Notes: generated by a model from the letters alone, not told the origin. DNA of 64,000 nucleotides from Eledone cirrhosa (GCA_964016885.1 OZ024740.1:90644001-90708000); one strand, 5' to 3'; positions 1 to 16,246 are shown, numbered from the stretch's first letter. Made by a program: numbers and translations.

Positions 1-655
1 TCGTCTTGTAAACATAAATTACACAAAACTTTCCTGTATTACAGCCCCACATTATACCCTAACGGATTGTACGATCTATACGTGGATATTTTACGTCTTG
101 ATGTGGTAGCTAAGTATATGTTATGTTTATACCATTACTTATTTGCATAGGTAAGTATATATTACCTGTATGTTTTGTGAAGGTTCGTATAATTTATCGT
201 ACGTATATTTGATTGTATATGTTATGGCGTATATTTTTATATATTCTGGTACATATGTTTTTGTTTATGTGTATACGGGAGTTTTGTGTCTGTGTGAGTA
301 TGCGGGTTCGTACGTATGTTTGGTGTCTCTATATGTTTGGTTGACGTGCGTCTCCGAACATTTGTGTATTTACATGTAGGTATATGTGTGCGCTTGTTAT
401 ATACGTATTTATTTATTTATATACGTTCATTTAATTCCTTATTTATTTGTATACACGCACACACACACACATACACACATATGTATATGTGCGTGGTTTT
501 GTATACCTATGGCAACTGTTTTCGCGTATGCTTGTGTATGTACGTATTTGGATGCATGTATGTATTTATTTAATTTCAATTACCTCTGTATTGTATTTTA
601 TGTACTTTATTCTTAACACTGAAGCGGAGATAATTCGGTTTCCTAGTTAGAATTT

Positions 656-940
656 TAGTCTACGACTTCAGCTATACCATTTACGTGGTTTTGTCTTTGC
701 GTGCAATTGTTCCCCGCGTTCCACAGATGACGTCTTATCTTTGTTTTTTTCCGTTCATTGCCAGAGAACGTCTCTATGAACCACCTAAGAGAACATTAGT
801 CTACTACTTCTTTTATACCATAAGCCTGGTTCTGTCTTTGCGTGTAATTGCTTTTACTGCTCCGATTAATGACGTATTATATTCGTTTTTTCCCGTTCTT
901 TGCCAGGGAACGTTTGCACGAATCAAAGTATCGTCTTCCT
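656..940. repeat. Two-copy ~140-bp diverged tandem duplication, probably in the 3' UTR of a PLE ending near 1080
   Basis: tagtcta..acttc..tatacca..tggtt.tgtctttgcgtg.aattg begins at ~656 and again at ~797. Confidence 0.6.
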
Positions 941-1003
941 TTCTACCTCCGGTTGCAACGTTTTTTGAAATTTCCACATCTGCGTTTACAGATTGACTTT
1001 GTT

Positions 1004-1054
1004 AGTTTCAGAAGATCCCGTTAAGGTTGAAAGCAGCGATTCTTTGCTTAAACT
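1004..1054 (+). ncRNA. Degenerate type-I hammerhead ribozyme motif
   Basis: agttt-CAGAAGA(one change from CUGANGA)-short stem II-GAAA-gca..tgc-TT-aaact; stem I agttt/aaact; AATAAA shortly downstream. Confidence 0.5.
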
Positions 1055-1092
1055 TTAATCTTTTATTTTAATAAATTAATATATATATTTAT

Positions 1093-1745
1093 TAGACAGA
1101 ATTGTTTCTTTCCTCATTCACTCTTATCCGGAAACAGTTTTATATGGCTTCAGTTTGTGATTTGAACTCGGGAATTTTATATTCTCCGAGCGAAAAGAGC
1201 CTTCTGAAGAGACTCCCCTTCTCAATGGAAATTCCGCTTGGATTAGCCGTTTATTTTGGGATTCGAAACCGCGCGGTAAAGGCACATATAGTAAGTGCAG
1301 CGAACTTTTTAAAAATTTATTTTAAAACTTTTTCTCTATTTGCTAGACCTTGGTTTTATAAGTTCTGGCTTGTTAATTTATTAACCCGCCATAGAACCAC
1401 ATTTGCATACGGTTGGATAATATTTGTATCCTTATATGTATTTATTACACGTTGGAACACATACTATATTATTATTAATCTCCCCTAAGTTTGAGATAAC
1501 ATTTGGTCGTTTGAACTGCTGCTATTTCTAGTGGCAGGGCATTGACCTGTCCACCCTGCCTTCTGTCTTTATACACGGCACTAGACAGAATTGTTTCTTT
1601 CCTCATTCACTCTCATCCGGGAACAGTTTTGTATGGCGTCAGTTTGTGATTTGAACTCGGGAATTCTATATTCTCCGAGCGAGAAGAGAGTCCCCTTCTC
1701 AATGGAAATTCCGCTTGGATTATCCGTTTATTTGGGGATTGATCC
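1093..1745 (+). mobile_element. Partial-tandem non-coding pLTR/retrozyme-like unit (~490-bp period)
   Basis: 1093-~1265 repeated at 1582-~1742; first copy has an intact HHR, second has lost stem I and the start of the core. Confidence 0.7.
1199..1283 (+). ncRNA. Type-I hammerhead ribozyme (intact core)
   Basis: gcctt CTGAAGA gactccc..gggattc GAAA ccgcgcgg TA aaggc; stem I gcctt/aaggc, palindromic stem III. Confidence 0.85.
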
Positions 1746-1749
1746 GGTG

Positions 1750-2305
1750 CTGAAGAGAGAGATTTAAGGGAATGTAGAATGCATTGTATAATGTGTAGAG
1801 GAATGTAGGAAAGAGCGTAAACATAAAAATAATAACACGAGATGTAAGGGAATGTAAAATGAGAAGTAAAGTGTGTGGAGAACGTAGGAAAGAGCGTAAA
1901 ATATAAAAATAATAACACGAGATAGAGTTACATCTGGAGAGATTTAATTGTCCCTATATTTCGGATTCGCACCCATCAAATGGGGGGTTTACTGGGGGGT
2001 TGTCTGTCGGAGAGGAATGGAACGTGTCCTCTGCCGTTCGCTGTCGTGACTAATTGAGGTAATCTGCAGTGGCGCGCGTGCGCGCGGAATTGGTGCGGTC
2101 AAGCAGAGGTCGAAGTAGTTATTTTAATTGTGTGAGTGGGATGGCTTTAGCTGTCATTCCATTCTACTATTTATCTGTGTTGGTTTTTTGGTACTGGCAG
2201 TATAGTATAGTCGTCTGTTTGTGGTATTCTGGTTTGTCTCTTTAGTTTTTTTACGTCGGTGGAAGGTGGCGGTGCTACACACACAAAAACAACCGTTCGA
2301 AATTC

Positions 2306-2337
<32 letters not shown>

Positions 2338-4070
2338 GGTGCCTCGTTAGTTTACACCAACAACCTCATCTCGCTTCTCTCGGATCGGTTATTTATTTGT
2401 GGCCCTAGGCGTTTGATCCAAAGTGCTTCCTTGATTCGCACCGTGCCCAAGTTGCGTTCTGTCGCTAGCACTGTGACAATGGGCCTTCCGTCTTTGATTC
2501 CGCATTTGGTGATGTGTTTCCGGAAAGACAAGACGCTGGTGTTGATGTGCTCCTTGAACAGGATATGTAGCGGCCGGATTGTGCTACCGATATAGCAGTC
2601 GTTGCACTTGTCACAATCCACCTTTTATACCATGTATGTGCGTAAGCAACAGTTAGTATGGAGCATCGGACAATTTACGAGGGAACACGCGACAGTCGAT
2701 TTCTCGGGTTTCCTGGAGAGGCATTTCCACAGGGAGAGGCACGAGTGGGCCAGGTGAATGTTGAGGCCCTCTCTCCGTATAGCCCTGCGTATAATGTTGG
2801 TGGTGTTCTCGCCCAGGTGTGGTATTTTAAGGAAACACTTGCCTAGGGTGTTTCTCAGCCTCTTGCGTCTGGTGTCTCCTACTCTGTTTGTGAGCGGGGC
2901 AGGGTACCCGTTCGTCTCCAACACTTTGAGGAATCGATTGCTGTGGGTGACACCACTCTCGGGTTCGCTGCATCTGTTTTTAATTCGCGTGATCTCGTTC
3001 GTAATGTACCCTATGTTAGAGCTGGTAGGGAGGCCAAACTTGTAGTGGAAGAACAAGTCCCTGTAGGCTGCCTTGTAGTAGAAGTTGGTGTGAACCCCTC
3101 CCTGGTCCGTGATGTTGATTCGGAAGTCGAGGAGAGCAAGTTAGCCGTCGTCGCTGAGGTGTTCAACACAGAAATCAATGGTCTCGTCCGTGTTGTTGAA
3201 CGTCTCAAAAATGATGTTCGCCATCACCTGGGAAGACGTGAGGATGAGGATATCATCAACGTACCTTAAGAAAAAGGTGACGGCGTTGGAGTGGGAGGTG
3301 TTGAGTGCCTTGCCCTCGAGGCTGTCCATGTATGAGATCGCTAGCACACCCGACAGGCCTGAGCCTGTGGGCAGCCCCGAGGTCTGCCGGTATGTTTGGT
3401 CGAGCAAACAGAAGTATGTGTTGTCAACGACGACGGATAGGAGTTGGTAGATATCAGTGGGGATGAGCCCGAAGCAGTGGAGGTCGGTAGATCGGACGCG
3501 TTCTATCAGTATATCAACGGGCGGGAGCGCCGGGATCGAGGTGTAAAGAGCGATCACATCAAGACTGAAGGCATAACTGTTAGACTTTCTGGTGTCGGGA
3601 TCCATTTGATGCAGGCGCTCCAACACCTCGGAGCTGTTTACGTGTCCCGGCAAGGTGTCTAGTATGGGCTTGAGTATTCTGGCTAGGAGCCATGATATTT
3701 CGTAGAAGGGTCTTTCCAGGCTCGATACGTTGGGCCTAATCTTCAGGTGGGGTTGCTTTTTGTGTGTTTTCACAAGGTGGTAGAAGGCGGGTAGTCTGCT
3801 GTTCCTCGTGAGGAGGTTGTATATGAGATTCTTAGGGAGCATCCGCCGGTCACAGATGTTTGTCCAGGTGGCGTTGAAGTGTTCCTCGATCTGCGCGGGT
3901 GTGATTCCTGTGACTTTGAAGTAGAATTTATCATCGTCAAGGTGTTGGAGAGCCAGGGTGTTGTCGGCCTCTGTGCTGATGACCCATAATTATTTCCCTT
4001 GTCCGAGGGGAGGTGGATGAGATTCTTCGATTTCAGGTTGGAGAGTGTGGTGCGTTGAGAATTACTGAGG
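1750..4070 (-). mobile_element. Penelope-like retroelement (RT + GIY-YIG), frameshifted, 5'-truncated at a (TA)n array; clade uncertain
   Basis: ORF 3141-3842 has FYHLVKTHK, SLDVIALYTSIP, RQTSGLPTGS, FLRYVDD; ORF 2625-3056 thumb plus Cys-rich linker; ORF 2352-2621 has CDKCNDCYIGSTIRPLH..EH and KEALWIK..PQIN. Confidence 0.9.
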
Positions 4071-4095
4071 GTTGTGTGTTGTGCGTGTGTTTGTT

Positions 4096-4169
<74 letters not shown>

Positions 4170-4438
4170 TATATATAACAATAATAATAACAAGAACAAC
4201 AACTAGAGATGGGCTTGCCTCAGGACGAATTTCTATAGACTTTTGAATGAGGAATGTTCTAACAACTGACCAATGAGAGGAGAAGAGGCCCTTTGACACT
4301 GAAATTCGTTTGTTTGAATTCATATGATTCCAGTTCCTCAGTGAAATAACAACCCAACCAGGAACTGGGCATATCAGGGTATTGAAAAAGTTGTACACCT
4401 CAACAGCATATGTACTTGTCTATACCACACTAATTCGG

Positions 4439-4493
4439 ACTGCCTGAAGAGGTCACAGCCAAAGATGGTTGTCACCGAAATATATATAGCAGT
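4439..4493 (+). ncRNA. Type-I hammerhead ribozyme (intact core) in a short PLE 3' fragment (~4180-4548) between TA arrays
   Basis: actgc CTGAAGA ggtcacagcc-aaagat-ggttgtcacc GAAA tatata TA gcagt, then AATAAA at 4494. Confidence 0.85.
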
Positions 4494-4544
4494 AATAAAC
4501 GAGGCTAAATTTTAAACATTTGGCTTATTTATTTTAATTTACTT

Positions 4545-4591
<47 letters not shown>

Positions 4592-4594
<3 letters not shown>

Positions 4595-5192
4595 GGAGGT
4601 GAGTTTTATTGTAGTACAATAAAGCAATGCAGATATTGGATAAGAAGCACTCTACAGTTTGTAGGACTGGAGTATACATAATATAAGATCAAAAGATGGT
4701 TAAAGGAGTTCCATGTATTTTAGTATGCGCATTTCAAAACAAACATCATCATGCAATAATATTTGTGTTTTCATGAGATAAAACAGGAGAACATGATATG
4801 AAGGCTAATTTTCGCTAATTTTCAAATTCTTTTAATTCATACATTATCTTCCAACGGTTCTCAACCTCTCTATGTAAAACAATATATCTTCTCTCAGTTA
4901 TAAAAACTATCTCTTTCTCTCTATCACCCATCTCTCCCTCTCATCTCCTCCCCTTTATTCATCCTTTCCACCCCCCCTCTCTAAATAAAATATTTTTCCC
5001 AATATCACACATCAATCTAAAACCACTTTTCATATGTTGATTTAAAACTGCACTATCCACAAGTGTTTTTTAGCCTTCATATCATGTTCTCCTGTTTTAT
5101 GTGATGAAAACACAAATATTATTGCATGATGATGTTTGTTTTTGAAATGCGCATAATAAAATACATGGAACTCCTTTAACCATCTTTTGATA

Positions 5193-5198
<6 letters not shown>
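4592..5198. mobile_element. Fold-back pLTR element with mirror HHRs
   Basis: Inverted arms ~4682-4808 and ~5070-5198; HHR-like 5095-5161(+) ttttat GTGATGA..GAAA tgcgca TA ataaaa and 4718-4783(-) with CTCATGA; flanked by (TA)n. Confidence 0.8.
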
Positions 5199-5568
<370 letters not shown>

Positions 5569-5699
5569 TGTTGCATAAAGACATGATTTATGATATATTG
5601 CTCTGATTATTTAATTTATTAATTCGTCATAGAGCCACAAAGTGACCGGTTGCAACATATATATCTATAACTTTATGTATATGTAAACCTTTATATTTA

Positions 5700-6245
5700 A
5701 TAATCTCCCGTTAGGGTGAGATAAAATTTGGCGTTTTTGGCTGCGCTTTCTAGCAACAAGCCTACCCGCCGTAAGCAACCAATGCCATTCTTTCTAACTT
5801 GACCACTGCCAAATTGCGGTTCTTAGCCATTTTTTAATCTAATTTTGGCGCGATCACTTTGGAAAACTAAGTGTCTAATTTTGAGTTTGTCTCCCGATGA
5901 ATCCGAAATCTGGGCATTTCCTATTAATTGGATGTTTAAAAATACGGATGAAATCATGGTAGAGATATAATTACGGTATGTACACATTTGTTCTGAGTTT
6001 GAATTCACACCTAATTGTGTATAGTTGATGGTTTATTTAGTCAGTTTCTACATGCTGTAGAAATGTTGGATACATACTCTATTGGGGCCTCCGCGATGAG
6101 GCCACTCTCGGTTATTTGTCGGAGATTTCTTCATAAGAGCCTTTATTCTTATAGCTTGGTCTGATTGATTTTTTATATGGTTAATTATGCTGATTGGGAG
6201 AGGAAATGGTATATATTTTATCTAATAATTCTAAAGACATAATTT
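5700..6245 (+). mobile_element. Interspersed repeat related to the 35371-36145 element, ending at (TA)n
   Basis: gggagaggaaat..atatattttatctaataattct at ~6196-6230 matches ~36083-36121; cttagccatttt is the reverse complement of aaaatggctaag at ~35818. Confidence 0.5.
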
Positions 6246-6248
6246 ATG

Positions 6249-6341
<93 letters not shown>

Positions 6342-6343
6342 TT

Positions 6344-6398
<55 letters not shown>

Positions 6399-6497
6399 TT
6401 GTATCTATATATATGTATATATATATATTTGTATATATATATATATATATGTATGTATATATATATATACATTTGTGTATACATATATATATACATT

Positions 6498-6534
<37 letters not shown>

Positions 6535-6545
6535 TTGTATATATT

Positions 6546-6581
<36 letters not shown>

Positions 6582-6640
6582 TATACATCCGTATATATAT
6601 GTTTATATATATGTATATATATTTATATATATATATATAT

Positions 6641-9049
6641 GGAAAAAAATTAAACGAAATTTCATTGCTCGCTCTTCGTACGGCTGATACTTAAATATGA
6701 ATACTTATGTATGTATACGTACATACATATATGTATACAGACGTACAGTAGTATGTATATATATTCATACATGCACACATATATATACGTACGTATGGAT
6801 TCACCGAACATTTATTATAATGCTCGGTTTGTTTGTAAACACACATCCCGAATTAAGCCGTACAGTGTACATCAACCACCGTTGCCCTTTTGTTCAACAC
6901 TGACAAAGCAACAATGTACTAGTTCCAAGCTTATTAGCTATTGTCAGCACCGAATACGTACTTGCCAGATGATTGAACGTCTGAAACTATATACTTTCCT
7001 TATGCATGTTAACAGCTGAGCATCCTAATTTGCATATCGAGTGAGTTAATCGGCCGGGTGCAGCGAAAACAGTGAATGGAAAAAATGAAACGAAATTTCA
7101 TTTCTCACTCTTAGTACGGCTGTACTTAAATATAAGAATGTACATGTAAATACATATATGTATACAGATGTACAGTAGTATCTCTATATATATATATATA
7201 TATATACATATCTATATATATATACATACATGCACACATATCTATATATGTACGTATGGATTCACCGAACATTTATTATAATGCCCGGTTTGTTTATAAC
7301 CAAACATCTCGAATTAAGACTACAGGGTTTAGCAGTGTTTAAGCCGTACAGTGATATGCAAATTATGCTGCTCACCTGTTAATATGAATAAGGAAAGTAT
7401 ATACTTTCAGACGTTCAATCATCTGGCAGGAAGGTATACGGTGCTAACGATAGCTAATAAGCTTGAAACTAGTACATCGTTCCTTTGCCAGTGTTGAACA
7501 AAAGGGCAACTTTATGGTGACTATCTATAATACACTTAAACTTTTTCATAACAGCCACCTTCAGCAAATTATTTAACTAAATCTCAAAACTTCAAACCTA
7601 AATCTAATTTTTCTAATTTCATCTTAAATGGCATCTTCTAACTCTAAACAACAATTTAACGTTTCTAATTGTTAATCGTAATTTCTGTCCATATATTATA
7701 CCATGCAGATGCCCACTATATATTACTATATACATATTTGTTAAGATATATGTTCTTTGATAATTTTTTCGCCGAAATTCTAGCACGCACGACCAGCATG
7801 ATTGTGACCTGACCTCAACGGTTGCCTCTGTCTTTGACGGGGTGGTAGTAGCACATTATAAGCCGACACCCCTTCACCGGAAGGACATAAATATTCTTAA
7901 TAATCACCATTTGAGGGCGGCCGACTGGGGTAGAAGCTGCTAAATGTTCGGTCGCCCTCATGTCTATGATTTTCAGCCTCATGAATTTTGTCTATTATAT
8001 TCCTTTGTTGTATTTCGAATACCTGATGTTGTCACCGGATTCATACTGAACCCGGTCATTGAAATGATCATAGTATAATAAACATTTTAAGGAATAACAC
8101 CAGTCCAGCCTCCTGTTATTTTATAATAATTAACTCCATACTCACACCACCATTTGCATACCGAGTGAGTTAGTCGGCCGGGAGTACCGAAACCGATGAA
8201 TGGAAAAGAATGAAACGAAATTTCATCCCTCACTCTTAGTACAGCTGATACCTAAATGTAAGTATGTATACGTACATACATATATGTGTACAGGCGTACA
8301 GTAGTATGTATATATATATACATGCATGCAACACATACATATATATATATGTACGTATGGGTTTACCGAACATTTATTATAATGTCCGGTTTGTTTGTAA
8401 ACAAACAGCCCGAATTACGCCGTTTAGTATTCGAACACCATCGTCGCCTTTTTGTTCATAACTGACACAGGAACGATGTACTAATTTCAAGCGTATTAGC
8501 TATCGACAGCATCGTATACCTTTCTGTCAGATGATTGAACGTTTGAAAGTATATACTTTACTTATGCATGTTAACGGCTGAGCAGCCTAATTTGCATATC
8601 GTGTACATATACATACGTACATATATATATACATGTGCATTTATGTATATATATGTACATATAACTGTACGTCAGTACACATATATGTATATACGTATAC
8701 AAACTTATATTTAGATATCAGCTGTACTAAAATGGAGAAATGAAATATCGATTCATTCTTTTCCATTTATCGGTTTCGGTACGCCCGGCCGACTAACTCA
8801 CTCGGCATGCAAATTGGGCTGCTCAGCCGTTAATATGCATAAGGGAAGTACATACTTCCAAACGTTCAATCATCTGACAGTAAGGTATACGATGCTGATG
8901 ATACCCAATAATCTGGAAACTAGTACATCGTTCTTCTGTCAGTGTTGAACAAAATATCGATGATGGTTGCCGGACAATGTACGGCTTAATTCGGGCTGTT
9001 TGTTTACAAACAAACCGAAAATTATAATAAATGTTCGGTAAACCCATAC

Positions 9050-9096
<47 letters not shown>

Positions 9097-9660
9097 TGTG
9101 TGCATGTATGTATATATATACATACTACTGTACGTCTGTACATATATATGTATGTACGTATACATACTTATATTTAGGTATCAGCCGTACTAAGAGTGAG
9201 AAATTAAATTTCGTTTCATTCTTTTCCATTTATCGTTTTCGGTAGCCTTGCCGACTAACTCACTCGATATGCAAATTAGTCTGTCCAGCCGTTAATAAGC
9301 ATAAGGAAAGTATATATTTTCAAACGTTCAATCATCAGACACGACGGTATACGATGCTAACGATAGCTAATAAGCTTGAAAGTATTACATCGTACCTGTG
9401 TCAGTGTTGAACAAAAATGCGACGATGGTTGGCGAACACTGTACGGCGTAATTCGGGCTGTTTGTTTGTTTACAAACAAACCGAACATTATAATAAATGT
9501 TCGGTAAACCCATACGTACATATATATATGTGTGCATGTATGTATATAGACACATACTACTGTACGTCTGTACACATATATGTATGTACGTATATATACT
9601 TATATTTAGGTATCAACCGTACTAAGAGTGAGAAATGAAATTTCGTTTCATTCTTTTCCA
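6641..9660. repeat. Cluster of ~440-bp satellite-like units in direct and inverted orientation
   Basis: Units at ~6641-7077(+), 7078-7350(+ partial), 7353-7510(-), 8151-8600(+), 8660-9230(-), 9230-9660(-); shared gaaacgaaatttcat, ccgaacatttattataat, atttgcat. Confidence 0.9.
8019..8076 (+). ncRNA. Hammerhead ribozyme with one core mutation, at the end of a PLE 3' fragment (~7510-8150)
   Basis: atac CTGATGT ..caccgg.ttca/tgaa.ccggt.. GAAA tgatca TA gtat, then AATAAA. Confidence 0.7.
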
Positions 9661-10011
9661 TTTATATATATACGTATATATAAATACTTATATCATGCTA
9701 TGTACGTGAGAATATATACTTATGCATATATGTGTGACCAGTATCGTGAGCATGTATACACATAACACGAGTTAATATTGCATAATGATATATCAAGAAG
9801 TTTCTTACTTTTAAAACTATGTAAATATATAAAATCATTCTTCTTGAGTTGAAACGTCAGATTCGATTCTTTTCTTAACATTTATTGATTGAAATACTTA
9901 ATGCCATATATAGACACAAGTTATACATACACTTGCACACGTGCACACGCGCGCGCACATACGCACACACACAAACACACACACACACACACACACATAC
10001 ACACGCACACA

Positions 10012-10044
<33 letters not shown>

Positions 10045-10051
10045 ATACACA

Positions 10052-10157
<106 letters not shown>

Positions 10158-10644
10158 CATATGTGTGTATGTGAGTGTGTGTATAAGTATATATTATTCA
10201 TGAATACATACATGCATATATACGTATGTATTTGTATGAAACCATCAGATGAATGAGAGCGTAAGCAAAAAAATAGCAATAGAGGTGAAAGGAAACTTTT
10301 AGTGTTCAAAATGAAAAAACAATGTCTCATATGTCTCCAATTATTCCATAGATTCTTGGCTTACTACACATCCAGTATCACGTTTCCATAATGCAATCTT
10401 ATTAAGATTCTGTAGAAACAGCGAGTCACTATCAGCCGTCATCATAATATTAGTTCAGAAGTAAGATACTGCTGGTCAATAGTTCAGCAAATCTGAACTA
10501 TTCACTCAAATCATGCAGCATAAATATATTTGCATGACGTTCCACCTAGAACGTCATGCTTCACTATTACGTGGTGTATGTATAATAATGTAGAATTTCG
10601 TATATGCAAAACGATTTAATATACGATTGAATGTGAATATCTGC

Positions 10645-12660
<2,016 letters not shown>

Positions 12661-12816
12661 GTGGAGTGTGTGTGTGTTTATATATATTATTCATATATCG
12701 TGCACAAATCGATCATGTTCACTTATGTGTATATCTGATTTCTGCAAAGTTGATTATTAATGCAAGATGACTATGACTATCGGTTACGTAAACTTACATA
12801 TGTGCACATACATGAC

Positions 12817-12868
<52 letters not shown>

Positions 12869-13232
12869 CATGTGCGTGTGTGTGTATGCAGGCATGGGTA
12901 TAGTTCTGCTTCTCTTAGTATGTGGATGTGTGTTACATTATATATATTTGCACATGTCTATATCGTTTTTGTACTCTCACACATGCGTTGTAATTATGTA
13001 TATCTACAGATTTTATTGACTACCCGCATTGGAGCAGTCATCATCTTTGCAATATGTATGCCTGGGTCTGATCCTGAAAGCTGTATATTCAATAAAAGTT
13101 TATATCTTTTACATATTCCACCCTGTCCAATTACAGCTTTTTTTTATGGAGAAAAATTATTATGTTAGTAAATATTATATTTTTTTATATCGCTTATTTA
13201 ATAAATATATATATATGTATATATGTATATAC

Positions 13233-13385
<153 letters not shown>

Positions 13386-13390
13386 CGTGA

Positions 13391-13548
13391 CCTCGACGGC
13401 TATTTCTTAGTCCAGAAATAGCCGTCAAAACGACCTGAGCTCTGCCGTCAGGGTGATACATTTTCCTATTACCCACTCTATTACACCAAGTATTGAGTAC
13501 ACTGGTGCGTTATGGTCCATCTGGTACCTTACCACATTTCGTTCGTTA
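13391..13548 (+). mobile_element. Short pLTR-like repeat (hairpin + GAAA-like motif + tail); other copies at 16575-16632(+) and 52471-52642(-)
   Basis: gacggctatttct..agaaatagccgtc hairpin; tail aagtattgagtac..tggtgcgttatggtcca..cttaccacatttc shared with the reverse complement of 52471-52550. Confidence 0.75.
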
Positions 13549-13615
13549 TATATATATATATATGAGAGACGTAAAATAAGATAATTATAAAATGAACCTA
13601 CTTACTAAAATATCA

Positions 13616-13695
13616 CTTCCAACTAATTAGTTTCTGGAATGGAGTAAATATATTTTCCGAAGAAGATAAATAGAAACATTCCGTCGTCAGGGAAG
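13616..13695 (-). ncRNA. Type-I hammerhead ribozyme (mirror copy)
   Basis: Reverse complement of the 14317-14396 motif. Confidence 0.8.
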
Positions 13696-14316
13696 ACTAT
13701 TCTCATCTAAGTTTCCAGGCAAAGCGAGGAATCTGGAAACTTATTAAAAAATAATTCAGTGGATAGGAAATAGCAAGGCGTGGACTGAATTCCTAGCCAT
13801 TGAGAAAATCACTGTATCTGCGTCTGTGGCAAATTCAAAAAGAATCAATCACGTGACATCGAGGTCAATCAGTAGAAAGTGGTTTGCTAATAAGAGAGCG
13901 GCCTGCCTACTACCATAGCAACAGTCATGGCCAATATTGCTCGACAAATAATTTGGAGATAATTATAAAGAATTAATATTTAGTAACATATTTAGTAACA
14001 TATATACATACAGATGCATATCAATGTTACTAATAATTAATTCTTTATAATTATCTCCAAATTAATTGTCGAGCAATATTGGCCATGACTGCTGCTATGG
14101 TAGTAGGCAGGCCGCTGTCTTATTAGCAAACCACTTTCTACTGATTGACCTTGATGTCACGTGATTGATTCTTTTTGAATTTGCCACAGACGTAGAGGCA
14201 GTGATTTTCTCAATGGCTAGGAATTCAGTTCACGCTTTGCTATTTCCTATCCACTGAATTATTTTTTAATAATTTTCCAAATCTTCGCTTTGCCTGGAAA
14301 CTTAGATGAGAATACT

Positions 14317-14396
14317 CTTCCCTGACGACGGAATGTTTCTCTTTATCTTCTTCGGAAAATATATTTACTCCATTCCAGAAACTAATTAGTTGGAAG
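14317..14396 (+). ncRNA. Type-I hammerhead ribozyme
   Basis: cttcc CTGACGA cggaatg..cattcca GAAA ctaattag TT ggaag; first stem II pair is C-A. Confidence 0.8.
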
Positions 14397-14568
14397 TGAT
14401 ATATTAGTAAGTAAGTTAATTTTATAATTTTCTTATTTTACGTCTCTCACATTATTGTTCTGCAACCCCATGCATTGAACCACAATGTTACTAAGACAAC
14501 ACCTATATATTTGCTAGCATTGATATGCATCTGTATGTATATATATATGTTACTAACTATTAATTATT

Positions 14569-14605
<37 letters not shown>

Positions 14606-14662
14606 ATACATATTTATATACATATATATATTTATTTATATATATATATATATATATACTTA

Positions 14663-14807
<145 letters not shown>

Positions 14808-14894
14808 TTATATACTTATATATATATATATATATATACTTATATATATATATATATTTATATATATATGTATAGATATATTTATATATTTATA

Positions 14895-15515
<621 letters not shown>

Positions 15516-15559
15516 CTAGGTGGGTGAACATGCTCTAAAATATATCGTTGCCGTTATCA

Positions 15560-16036
15560 CAGTGATGGATGTTAAGTAACAGAATTCAGTTCAAGAACTG
15601 GAGTATTCCGTCATCAGAATAAAGTATGCAAGTTGTAAAGGCGAAACTGACTAACCCCAATTCGTTAACACGTAAGCCCTTTCGTATGGTCATGAAGCTT
15701 GGGTAATGAACGAAAGAAAATCGTGAATAAAAACGTTATGAAATGGGACCTTCGAAACTTATTTATATAAATTAATTCGAGCGAGTGCGTAGCTTGGAAA
15801 ACAAGAAGTAGGTCCAAGTAGATCTTCTACTTTGCGGACAAACTACCCGGCAGTAGATAGGGGCAGACACCAAACAAGGTGTGTAAATAATATCCTTCAG
15901 GGTCTTTGGTCACACTTAAGGATCCGGGCAGTTAAGGATTCTGGCATGACCTGCTTGATAGCTTTGATGATTAAGCACACATGACACTCCCCAAGAAGAA
16001 GACGAAGAAGAAGACGAAGAAGACGAAGAAGAAGAA
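15560..16036 (+). mobile_element. RTE-clade LINE 3' fragment, decayed
   Basis: YGHEAWVMNE..EM motif at ~15685-15745; (GAA)n-type tail 15995-16036; similar to 38685-39400. Confidence 0.65.
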
Positions 16037-16126
16037 ATGCTAATCTTATTCCTGGCTTACTGTTGAATGTCAGACATGATCCGAAACCATATTTGCAGTT
16101 ACATTAATAACTCGTTAATTCGTGCA

Positions 16127-16246
16127 TTCCAGCATAGTTACGTCCATTTACGGTCTGAGTTCAAATCCCGCCGAGTTTACTTTGCCTTTCATCCTTACGG
16201 GGTCGATAAAATAATTGCTGGCCTTGTGCCTAAAGTAGAAACAATT
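16127..16246 (+). mobile_element. tRNA-derived cephalopod-type SINE, 5'-truncated
   Basis: gagttcaaatccc (B-box), actttgcctttcatccttacggggtcgataaa core, aaagtagaaacaatt tail. Confidence 0.9.

Larger units (their letters stand above)
13563..14449. mobile_element. Fold-back pLTR element with ~425-bp inverted arms and two HHRs with intact cores
   Basis: 13563-~13990 is the reverse complement of ~14025-14449; flanked by (TA)n. Confidence 0.9.

Noticed and set aside
1951-1987. Minus-strand TTGATGG..tcc GAAA ta TA ggg at the expected pLTR position (similar remnant at 23552-23625)
   Set aside because: Core and stem I are too degraded to call as ribozymes, although the positions are suggestive.
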